NCBI GenBank assembly: GCA_964036045.1
Contig: OZ038379.1
Location: 3,348,001-3,412,000 of the forward strand
DNA: 64,000 nucleotides
Direction of reading: 5' to 3'
Source of the DNA: Eutreptiella sp. 'Long Island Sound 2002'
Lineage: Eukaryota > Protista > Euglenida
A model generated the notes under the pieces. That model had not been told where the DNA came from and ran no database searches. It saw nothing but the letters and a program-made list of their open reading frames with translations. A program made the position numbers and the translations under genes. This document shows positions 11,441 to 22,064 of this stretch, piece by piece (the stretch's first letter is position 1; each line of letters begins with the position of its first letter).

Positions 11441-12717
11441 GGACAAAGCTGTCGCTTATACCAGGGGGGGGGGGGGAGTTGCACCCACCCCACCCATTGT
11501 GCAAGCACCGGAAAACGACCCCCCCCCTTCCTGTACAAACTGACAATGGTTCTTCTGCATGTTGCAGAGACCCGTGGAGCTCTCCACTGATCTCCCCTCC
11601 GGTTTGCTGAGGGTCCATCCACCGAGGGGGCGCCCAATGACATTGCAGGTGCGGGTGGGGGGGTATACAACTTCACGCCAACTCCCTCGAAATGGGGGTT
11701 TCATGACAAAATTGGACTTGGACGGTCAGGTTCGAGCAATTTAAGCCGATCTGAGCACAATTGTTATGTTTGCTCTGCTGATTTGCCCTGGGCAACCAGC
11801 TGAGGGGCGCTCCAGGTGGTGTTACTGCTGTTTTGTGACCTTTTGTGTGGTCTTTACAGCAACACAATGCAAATCTGCCTGCAAACCTCTGCATCGCAAC
11901 ACTGGACAGCCATCGAGGTGGATGTCCAGGTGGCTGGGACAAACTCACAGTCCTGCCCAAACGGACTGCCTGCCAGAGCCCTACACAAAAGGGGCTGCTG
12001 TCTGCCCATTAGTGTGCAAGCAAGTACCGCTCAAATCATCCTCCAACATGCAGATTACGCCCATGCACCAGGGAAGCAACCTAGCCCCCCCCCCCCCCCC
12101 AAAAGAGCTTGGGCCGGTAGTGTGGGGGATGGTCCCTAAAGATGGACCGGGCACTGCCGTGCACTCTTGTGGGGCGTGTTGGTGGGCGGGGCTGCTCACT
12201 ACCGCCAGCAAGGAAGATACTCCGCTGTGGACAGAGTGCGAATACTCTGAGCGAAGATATTTCTGCTGCGCGCTCGCCATGAATGGCGCAGAGCGCAGAA
12301 GATATTACTGCAACGCACTACCAGCAAGTCACACATTGGTGAGCTAGCACCCATGGCCTTGTGTGACATTCACGTTGCTGGTTGTGGTGAGCACCTCCCG
12401 GCCTAGGGTCTTCGTGATGACCGCATACCGGGCACTGATCAGGCCGTCAGGGGAGGGCGCCGTGGGCAGAAGTTGCATTCTGGATTCCCACCCAGGAAGG
12501 TGGATGCCCGCGGCAGTACAGATGCCCGCAGTAGGGGGAATGTTTGCCCGGCGCGCTACTTTTCTATTAACTATCCCGACTTCAGCCCCAGATTTACCCT
12601 CCCATGAGAAGCCCCCCAAGTAGACCACATTGCACTGCACACCTTCCCTACAAAGCACGTTGCAAAATAAAGCAGGATCTGTGAATTCAACCACTGCAAC
12701 TGTCATTTGTAGTGTAC

Positions 12718-12860
12718 TTAACAAACAACATTGGTCCCACAAGTGTGGGTGTCAATACATTCATTACAATAGTGCTCCTTACACTCATCACAAACTGCAA
12801 CGGTGGAGCGCCGTTGGCAACACAACACACACACTTCCGCCTCATCCTCTACCTCATCTT
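12718..12860 (-). CDS. B-box-like zinc finger coding segment ending in a stop codon (gene context unresolved)
   Basis: DEVEDEAEVCVLCCQRRSTVAVCDECKEHYCNECIDTHTC: CxxC...CxxC-x4-CxxC-x3-H spacing. Confidence 0.4.
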
Positions 12861-13114
12861 GCGTGGCGGCCGAGTAGCTTTGGTCAGTCCATACCTGAGG
12901 CGGGACATGCTCCCATGGTCCGTAGGGGGGGTGACGGACTTGCCTCCGGATGCAAAACTGTGTGAAATGCAACAAAATGCGGACTGACTGGTGCAACTCA
13001 TTGGGGCCGCCACGCCAGATGTTCCTAACCAAACCCCAATGCCACAACCGAGCAAACAGCTGCTCAATGTGTGCCCTGTACCACCCATGCACATCATTGT
13101 AACATTGTTGGCGG

Positions 13115-13529
13115 GCATTCTCGGGGGTCCCCAACAAAGGGGACAAAATCAGAAGTCAAAACCTACGCTGGGGGTCACCATGATGCTCCACGCAACAAAT
13201 CGTGGATTCAAAGATTGTCCCGGTTTCCTCAATAGCACCGGAAGGTTGGGGCCCAAAAGAGGGCGGAAATGCTACGTCACCCCTGCATTCTCGGGGGTCC
13301 CCAACAAAGGGGACAAAATCAGAAGTCAAAACCTACGCTGGGGGTCACCATGATGCTCCACGCAACAAATCGTGGATTCAAAGATTGTCCCGGTTTCCTC
13401 AATAGCACCGGAAGGTTGGGGCCCAAAAGAGGGCGGAAATGCTACGTCACCCCTGCATTCTCGGGGGTCCCCAACAAAGGGGACAAAATCAGAAGTCAAA
13501 ACCTACGCTAGGGGTCACCATGATGCTCC
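13115..13529. repeat. 170-bp tandem repeat, ~2.4 copies
   Basis: GCATTCTCGGGGGTCCCCAAC starts at 13115, 13285 and 13455. Copies are essentially identical. Confidence 0.95.
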
Positions 13530-13781
13530 TAGTATCTCAAAGTGTGGGTCTCTAGTACAGCCGAGCGCCCAAATAGCTGCACTGCGCTAAGTGCGCCCCC
13601 TTAGTGCACCCCCTAAAAGGCCACTGGAGGGGCACGGGTCCAAAAAGATGCCCGGCGCGTGCCCGGCACGCGCCCGGCGCGCTAATGTTCCCCCGTAGTG
13701 CGGTTGCCTGCTTGTCATAGCAGAAGGTTCAAAGGCGAGAGGCCAATAGGCGCCGCCACAGGCTAACAGAGCCAACCACCA

Positions 13782-14137
13782 AGGCCTTGTGCCAAACCCC
13801 CCCCCCCCCCAAGACACTGGTCTTGTGGGGGGGGGGGGGGGATAACACGACACCGCGGCAGCCGCTGCAGCAGCAGCCATGTCTGTTATAATTTGTCGTT
13901 TTGCAGGGCAGCATGTCAGATTACCTACTATTTGTGGCATCTACAATCCCCCAAAAGAATTTACATCGGAAGCTACAAACAGAAAATGATGACTCGGTGC
14001 TAAAACTGCTAGGGAGGGGGCATGGGTGTTTACTCCGGCTGGGTGGGGGGGCATTTTGGGGGCCATGATTGTCTGTTCTACCAGGGTGGGGGGGGGGGGG
14101 GCATTAACACGGGAGCGGGGGGTTTGGCACAAGGCCT
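13782..14137. mobile_element. MITE-like element with 20-bp inverted repeats
   Basis: AGGCCTTGTGCCAAACCCCC (13782-13801) and GGGGGTTTGGCACAAGGCCT (14118-14137). No clear target-site duplication. Confidence 0.5.
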
Positions 14138-14884
14138 CGGTAGCGGGGGGGGGGGGGTACATGCTGCTCCTCGTGTCCCCACAAGCACATGAGAGGGGCC
14201 AAAAAAGATGACAATCTTGCCGCTGAAAAAGAGTTGCAGTGCATACAGTGCCTCAAACAGCCCCACTGAATCATTAGACTGCTTGAAATAGTCCAGGACA
14301 CATGCTGCCATGGAGGCATGACCCTCACAGAACTCCTCCAAAAGCCAGCCAGCCCGCCAACACCTTCGCCATCTGTAAAAACAAGCAAGTCCCCCTTAAA
14401 GTTCCCTTTCACTACAGTGACCATACGCTCCTTCTTGAGACGGGCATAACAACAATGGTGCTTTCAGGAGCCGTGCCGAGTGCCCTGAGGGGCAGAGTGC
14501 CTCACAAAGGGACACATAAACTCGCCCACAGTGCAAGTGGCCGCCATTGCGGCATCAACACCAGCGAAACACGACGCGAGAGGGAGGCGACAAGGCGCCC
14601 AAAGGGCCACCCCTCGTTTGTTTTGTTGAACAGGCCACTGACAGTCCCCCCCCCTCCCCCTTCATTGCGAATGTTTATGGGGTCACCGCGAGGGTACCGC
14701 TTGTATGCCCCCGTCTGATGGTCGTCATGCCCGAGTCCGAAGGCCATCATGCCCCAGCGGGGGGTCGTCCTCACCCCTGCCTACCCCCCCAAAGGGTGGG
14801 TAGTCGGGACTGGGGGCACCAACACACGTCCACCGTCGTGTTCCACAGCACCGGTGCCCGCGACCTCGTGGCTGCTGTTCACGG

Positions 14885-15340
14885 TCACTGCCGGATCCAG
14901 GGACCCCTGCCCAATATGCTTTGGGCTTTGGCGCTCTTGAGGGAGTGAGCACTGCTGTCATCGGGGGCCACATACATGGCCTCTCCCTCAGCTACGGAAA
15001 AGAATGTCCCGTCCGGCGCGGCGCTCTTGGCGACCTCCAGCAGCGTGCGGGCGTCCCGGCTCTGGTTGCAGCGGGGAGTTTGTGATGCGTACCCACTTTG
15101 AACGCGCAACAGACGTGGCGGTGAAGCGGCGCCCGGCGTTGTGGAGGACCGAGCGAGACTAGGGAAAAGCCACGGAGCCGCGGTGCGAGCGCCGAGGCGT
15201 TGGGGACCGAGACCACGACCTTGAGCCTGCGGACTTGGGACAACAGACCACTGAAAAATGTGCGCGGCACAACAGAAGGCAAGGCGCGTGCCGTGCACGT
15301 CTGTGTAGTTGAAGGTGTCGTCCAGGAGCATCAGCCGCAT
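14885..15340 (-). pseudogene. Unidentified GC3-rich coding relic, likely frameshifted
   Basis: Starts MRLMLLDDTFNYTDVHGTRLAF and ends DARTLLEVAKSAAPDGTFFSVAEGEAMYVAPDD. The middle reads more protein-like in alternative frames (LLSQVRRLKVVVSVPNA; VLHNAGRRFTATSVARSKWVRITNSP). Confidence 0.3.
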
Positions 15341-16239
15341 GAGTGATACAGCGCTGCTGTGCCCACGCTTGCCGTCGCCAGGCAGCAGCCGCCCAACTGC
15401 GCTGGCAGCGGTAGCGGCGCCGTTGGGCTGATGGCCAGCCCATCTACATCAAGGCGCCGTGTGACAACCGCAACTGGCCCTCAGCAATGGACAGATCCCC
15501 GCTTCCCGGAGGCAAGAACGCATGGCCATCGCGCAGTATTGAGGAGGTGCCGAGGTCCCGCTCCAGCGGGACACAGCACATTCCATGAAACGTCGCGTCC
15601 GGAGTCCGGAGGTGCGTCAGGCGGGGCATGTCCTCGCACCGCGGCTTTGCAAAGCTCCAGGCCCTTCCCCCGACGGCCCGTCGGCAGGCCGCAGGCCACA
15701 ACACCCGGGGCACTCTGCCCACCTGGACTTCCAGCGCAAGGCCCCTGCGTTTTCCACGGCATGCGGCAGGAAACCGCTTGTCGGGCAGCCGTGGGAGAGG
15801 CCAGAAGGAGCCGCACTGCTCGCCGCAGCACGGGATGGAGTGCGCTGCCGGGAGGATGGGGGAAGTAGCAGTGCGATGCCGGACTTGCAGGCACCGGTCC
15901 ATTTTTTCTGATTTGGATTGTCCCATTAACAGCTGCGCCCAGAGCACCCGGGCATGAACGGATTCTGCTCAAACCGCGCGCTTCTCTGCACAAATTTGTT
16001 CACAAGGTTCACCTGTGATTTCTGGAGCGTAACGGCTGATGGCACACAGCGTCACTGCTGCTGGATCCAACACCTTGCTTTGCTATTCTACGTGCGATTT
16101 CCCGGTGATAGGGCTGTCTGTGGCATCTCTGTAGTGCAACTGGTAGGTGCGATTTCTGTGGACAGTGATGATCAAGGCCGAACACTTACACACACGCAGA
16201 TGCCCACACACACACACACACACACACAAGCAAAGGTCT

Positions 16240-16790
16240 GTACTCTTCGGCATCTCGGTCGATCCGGGCTTGCCGACGCACCGCGGCGCCACGGGCCTCT
16301 ACGGTGCCAACGACGGGGAGGGTTTTGTGATCGAGGGCTGCCTGTAACGCCCCATGCCAACCCGCCCTCACATGGAAATACATGCTGCAGATCGCACAGG
16401 CGTGCCACGTTGCCAAGCCGAATGCGGCTTACCAGCTGTTGGTGCAAGCGGCTGCACAGCAGAATAGCGGTGCTGACTCAGAATGTGGATGGCCTACATT
16501 AGGCCGCAGGATCATCGGACGTTGCACCACTGCATGGGGACCCTTCGCAGCTCGTCTGCTCCAACATCCGCTGTGGTTGGGGGGAGTGGAGCTACCCTGC
16601 CATTGAGCAGAGAGGTCGGCCGCCGCCTTGCGCCCCGTGTGGGGGGCACGTGCGCCCACGCGTCGTGCTCTTCGGAGAGATGCTGTACGACGAGGTCATC
16701 CGATCGTACGCCCCAAGGCTCAACGGGATATGGGATGTCTCCGTCGCCATCGGCCAGAGCAGCCCGTTCCCGTACGTCGTGTTGCCACCC
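16240..16790 (+). pseudogene. Intronless sirtuin (Sir2-family NAD+-dependent deacylase) pseudogene
   Basis: Motifs in order: GISVDPGLPTHRGATGLY; PALTWKY...AKPNAAYQLL; IAVLTQNVDGLH*AAGSSDVAPLHGD; CSNIRC...PPCAPCGGHVRPRVVLFGEML; DVSVAIGQS. In-frame TAA (16345-16347) and TAG (16500-16502) plus two frameshifts. Confidence 0.85.
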
Positions 16791-19732
16791 TGCCTCATAC
16801 CCCCCCCCCCTGCCCTCGTCCGTACTCCTCAAGGTGGGGTTGGCAGATTGGGCACCCTCTGGGGGTCATTCTATCTCAACCCAAGCCCCCCTACTCCATA
16901 TACATTGTGTGGCAATTCAAGGCCAATTCCCCTTACTTGATTGCTCCACGTGCCAAAGCCCAAGAGACAATCTATGTTGCGCAATACGGCCCCTGTGATC
17001 GGCTGAAGATTCCGAATTTGTAGAAGAGACCTACCCTCAGTACCCCTACGCACACCCTCTCTCCCTGGGCTTTTGCAGCAGGATGCACTTTGGCTGACAG
17101 TGGGCTTTTGCTGAGAGGCACACCAGTCAGTCAGCAGGTGACAGTTAGCAGCCCGCAGACTCAGGCTTTCAAGAATGCGTCGCCCTCTCACAAATGATGA
17201 AGAGAAGGTGCTAAGGGCAGGTCCCCTCTTTGCCCACATGGGCAGCCATGTTGGCTACCCTGTGCACCGGCGCAGTATCCCGACAAGGACTCTGAAAGGA
17301 TGGCGACCACGCTTGAACAACGCAAACACGTGGGGCATCCAGGTCTGGGAATGGCATCGTGTGCATATTGTGTTCACATATTTGCCCCCACTTGAATGAT
17401 GGTCCCACGATTGCAGCTACTATGATTCTTCCTATGGGGCGCCAGTCAAATACCATGACACCTGTAAGCAGAGAAGAATACATGAATGATTCAACGCTAC
17501 TCCAAATAAAGAAAGCAAGAAAGAAGCCCGGCAGCCAAGCATGCCCGCCTTTCAACTCCTTTCCAACCTTCTGGAGAGTAAAAGCCTACAACACCACAGT
17601 TCCAACTGAGTGGTATTGTGAGCAGATCAACCAAGACAGGCCTATCCCCATATTCCCATATTTGTCCGGTGTCCCTTTTGTTTTCCTTGGAACCCTATCG
17701 GATATTGCAGAAAGATAGGTGGTTGCTGATGATAGGTTGACGGCCGGTCAGTATGCCGGTTTTCTGCTCTACTGTGCTCACTCCTGATTATTCTCGTTTC
17801 TTTTGTGTGCCTACATAGTCGCACCGGGTGCACCCACGTTAATTTTGGGGCCTCCTACCTGTCCTTGTCGGACAGCCCAATGATGCAGTCAGACACATGG
17901 CTAATTATGTACACCACCATTGCCCCTAGGAACACGAATGTCTTCGCGGTTAAATCCCCTTGCCAGTTGCAGCTGTGCATGTACCACCATAGCAACCTGT
18001 TGAATACAACTGCCAAGCGAAGGCTGCCACCACTCTCATGGCTACGCACTGGCTTCTCCAAGCAGGCTGGACCAGGTTTTTGGGGTGGTCCACCCCATCT
18101 GTGGTCGACTCAGAGAGTGGGAACAGGTACACAGGCGTCTCAGACCATATCTGTCAAGCACGGCGTTGTCTAATTACAGTGGTCTGTTTTGCTGACCACA
18201 CTTTTCATGCACTTTTCAAAAATGTAAGATGATCGATGTGTGTACCCATTGTACTCACAATGAAAGGTTGGGTGATGCATGTGAGAACAGTTTGTGCTGG
18301 GGACAACATTTTGCTGTGGAATCCAATCTATTGCTATCTGTCTTAATGTGCTTTGCAGCCATGGCCACTGTTGCTATCCCCCATTGTGTGTTGTCACGTG
18401 CCCCGCACAATCATACGCTGCTGGCAATCAAGGACACACTCAAATTATCCCTTAACTGTCATGCGGCTGACGATACCAAGTGATCGAGGAGGGGCTTTGG
18501 CCATTATTTGTTGTGGAAACTATTCACCTACGCAAAAGAAAAGGATTCATGGAGCAGCTGCTCTCAAGTACCATCTCTCAATGTACATGGAATCCCATGC
18601 AAATTTGACGGCAACCGGAAGATATTGCACGGCGCTTCTGCCGCAATCACCATTTCGTATGCAGCGGAACATGTCGAATGGAGAGCGGGAGAAACCCAAA
18701 TACCGCAATGGCACTGCACGTTACTGCTACTGATAACCGGTGCCGCTGGCTGCCCCCCATGGCTGCAGGCAGATGATTGGCTGGGGTGCCGCAGAACTGC
18801 CAGGGTTTCGTGTGCTGGAAGTGGCGGGAGGACGCTTGCGCTGCTGGCTTCTCCGGCTGCGCTCAACGGATCCCGTGCGGTGTCCTGAATGTGTGGTCAT
18901 CGCAGCCATGTGCCAGGTGAGTTGAAGCTGTGCAAAGCACAGTATCGTGTTGTCCAGGGCAAGGATCGTACGCACCGCCTGCTGCACTGCACAATCGTCC
19001 CCTCTCTCCTTTCGGCCGTTTCCATCTGTCCGTATTTGGATTCCCCTGCACCTGCCGTTGACATCCCTGTCCGTGTCTCGTTCACTCGGTGATGAGGACA
19101 CCTGTGCGGATGGATGTTCTCTAACCCGATGCCGCGTGCGAATCTTCCGTGTCAGAAAGAGCCAGGGGTTGCTATGCAAATAAGGCGTTGTCTGAAGCCC
19201 TCTGGTTGGCTTCCGAGTTGTGTGCGTGCGTGGGGTTGAAGACTGGCCTCCCCCGCCGCCATCCATTGCCGGTGCGTCAAATCGCGCTGGGCCGTGCGTC
19301 TGAGTGGGAGAGGAATTGGATGCCTCTGTGGAGCAGGGAAGCGGCGAGCACACCGTAAACGTGCTGTACATCACCGGGGGTGCACATATTAGTGGGGCTG
19401 GCGCATGTTGCTGGATGCGTGGAATATGCTCACAGGCCTTCGGGTGCACAAGTGGCAGGAGGCAGGGCGTGTGCAGTGGAGGCCTGAGTGTGAAACCACC
19501 TGGAGATGTACCCCGTCATCGACGACTGGCGTCCCACAACCCGCCAAGAACCAAACCAAGGGATTAAAAAGCATGTTCCGCGAGCTGGAAGGGTTCTCTG
19601 GGCTCCAATGTACCCATTTCAAACCAGCAATTTTCTGTCCCGTCAAAAAGAGTCATGAGACCCTCTTTCAAAAAGACGCCCCTTGTTGTTTCAGGGACCA
19701 ATAAACAAAACGGGCAGAGAAAAAGGTATCCT

Positions 19733-19805
19733 CCCCCGCGCAGGGATTCGAACCCTGGTTGCCCGAGTCATCCAGCGGGAGTGCTACCATCTGCACTACG
19801 CGGGG
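19733..19805 (-). tRNA. tRNA-like sequence with a defective anticodon arm (probable pseudo-tRNA or SINE head), copy 1
   Basis: Reverse complement: CCCCGCG TA GTGC AGATGGTA GCAC TCCCGCTGGATGACTCGGGCAAC CAGGG TTCGAAT CCCTG CGCGGGG G. Acceptor, D and T arms pair perfectly and A/B boxes are present. The anticodon arm forms only 4 bp around an enlarged loop. Confidence 0.6.
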
Positions 19806-20505
19806 GTGCTGAGAACCATGCCCTGCCCTGCCCTGCCGTCCCAAACCGGGGGGATGTTAGGAGTTGTTACCATCATTTCCACTTTCTAGGACCCAAGGGA
19901 AAATGAAAAAAAAGAAATGAAAAATCTGCTGCGGACGGGTGTCGTCAACATCCTGAAGGTAATGGCGGACGGCGACCATCTTCAGGCCTGTTGTACACCG
20001 TTCAGACCATTGCATAGCCCACTTGCAGCCCGACTGGGAGCAACAAACGCAGGTCTCACAGTACCGATCTGACTTGTGCAACGTGTCCACTGTCCTTGCA
20101 GTTCGAGGCAACAGCGAGCGCAAAGAGCACATCTGAGGGAACACAGAACAAAAGAGGTGGTTCCTTGCTCTTAGTTATAACCGACCAACCACTCCGATCA
20201 TTAGCATGCCCCAACTCTGCAGTCGATGCGTTTTTCGGGATTCTTTGCGCTGGTGCGAAAACACAGAATGAAAATAAAACCCTGCCCGACTGGCACTCGT
20301 ATGTGCCTCCATGCACAAGAGTCAATTCTAAGCAGACGCGGGGTGGCCCTGGGTTGGTATGACCCATGCAAGCGGAGGTGGTGGCTTTGGCCCCAGACAG
20401 CAATTTTCTGTCCCGTCAAAAAGAGTCATGAGACCCTCTTTCAAAAAGACGCCCCTTGTTGTTTCAGGGACCAATAAACAAAACGGGCAGAGAAAAAGGT
20501 ATCCT

Positions 20506-20578
20506 CCCACGCGCAGGGATTCGAACCCTGGTTGCCCGAGTCATCCAGCGGGAGTGCTACCATCTGCACTACGCGGGG
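20506..20578 (-). tRNA. tRNA-like sequence, copy 2 (one acceptor-stem mismatch)
   Basis: Same as copy 1 except C->A at 20509. Confidence 0.55.
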
Positions 20579-21278
20579 GTGCTGAGAACCATGCCCTGCC
20601 CTGCCCTGCCGTCCCAAACCGGGGGGATGTTAGGAGTTGTTACCATCATTTCCACTTTCTAGGACCCAAGGGAAAATGAAAAAAAAGAAATGAAAAATCT
20701 GCTGCGGACGGGTGTCGTCAACATCCTGAAGGTAATGGCGGACGGCGACCATCTTCAGGCCTGTTGTACACCGTTCAGACCATTGCATAGCCCACTTGCA
20801 GCCCGACTGGGAGCAACAAACGCAGGTCTCACAGTACCGATCTGACTTGTGCAACGTGTCCACTGTCCTTGCAGTTCGAGGCAACAGCGAGCGCAAAGAG
20901 CACATCTGAGGGAACACAGAACAAAAGAGGTGGTTCCTTGCTCTTAGTTATAACCGACCAACCACTCCGATCATTAGCATGCCCCAACTCTGCAGTCGAT
21001 GCGTTTTTCGGGATTCTTTGCGCTGGTGCGAAAACACAGAATGAAAATAAAACCCTGCCCGACTGGCACTCGTATGTGCCTCCATGCACAAGAGTCAATT
21101 CTAAGCAGACGCGGGGTGGCCCTGGGTTGGTATGACCCATGCAAGCGGAGGTGGTGGCTTTGGCCCCAGACAGCAATTTTCTGTCCCGTCAAAAAGAGTC
21201 ATGAGACCCTCTTTCAAAAAGACGCCCCTTGTTGTTTCAGGGACCAATAAACAAAACGGGCAGAGAAAAAGGTATCCT

Positions 21279-21351
21279 CCCACGCGCAGGGATTCGAACC
21301 CTGGTTGCCCGAGTCATCCAGCGGGAGTGCTACCATCTGCACTACGCGGGG
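21279..21351 (-). tRNA. tRNA-like sequence, copy 3 (one acceptor-stem mismatch)
   Basis: Same as copy 2. Confidence 0.55.
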
Positions 21352-22064
21352 GTGCTGAGAACCATGCCCTGCCCTGCCCTGCCGTCCCAAACCGGGGGGA
21401 TGTTAGGAGTTGTTACCATCATTTCCACTTTCTAGGACCCAAGGGAAAATGAAAAAAAAGAAATGAAAAATCTGCTGCGGACGGGTGTCGTCAACATCCT
21501 GAAGGTAATGGCGGACGGCGACCATCTTCAGGCCTGTTGTACACCGTTCAGACCATTGCATAGCCCACTTGCAGCCCGACTGGGAGCAACAAACGCAGGT
21601 CTCACAGTACCGATCTGACTTGTGCAACGTGTCCACTGTCCTTGCAGTTCGAGGCAACAGCGAGCGCAAAGAGCACATCTGAGGGAACACAGAACAAAAG
21701 AGGTGGTTCCTTGCTCTTAGTTATAACCGACCAACCACTCCGATCATTAGCATGCCCCAACTCTGCAGTCGATGCGTTTTTCGGGATTCTTTGCGCTGGT
21801 GCGAAAACATAGAATGAAAATAAAACCCTGCCCGACTGGCACTCGTATGTGCCTCCATGCACAAGAGTCAATTCTAAGCAGACGCGGGGTGGCCCTGGGT
21901 TGGTATGACCCATGCAAGCGGAGGTGGTGGCTTTAGCACATTCTGCGGTGGCTGTGGGGTGGCAGGGACAAATGGTGGTATTATGGCAAAAGGGTCGCAC
22001 CGGTAAGCAGTTTGCATGAGGGCATGTGCGATCCCACACCTTGAGAGGTCCCGCGTGGGGTGGG

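Larger units (their letters stand above)
19625..21934. repeat. 773-bp tandem array, ~3 near-identical copies
   Basis: CAGCAATTTTCTGTCCCGTC at 19625, 20398 and 21171. Identical ORFs recur at a 773-bp offset. Confidence 0.97.

Noticed and set aside
16345-16502. Stop-codon reassignment (TAA/TAG as Gln/Glu) in the sirtuin
   Set aside because: Frameshifts are also present, and TAG sits where CAG is expected (a simple C-to-T change). Pseudogene decay is the simpler explanation.
17000-19620. Possible decayed retroelement frames
   Set aside because: Short protein-like pieces without diagnostic motifs.
19733-19805. Functional tRNA-Ile(GAT) reading
   Set aside because: Canonical numbering gives G33 and a mismatched anticodon stem (C-C pairs), so the anticodon cannot be assigned reliably.
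20200-20212. ATTAGCATGCCCC resembling part of U6 snRNA
   Set aside because: No adjacent ACAGAGA box or internal stem-loop; likely chance. No SL RNA or 5S sequence was recognised in the 773-bp unit either.
13115-21934. CRISPR-like arrays
   Set aside because: The 170-bp and 773-bp repeats have no unique spacers, the context is eukaryotic, and no cas genes are present.
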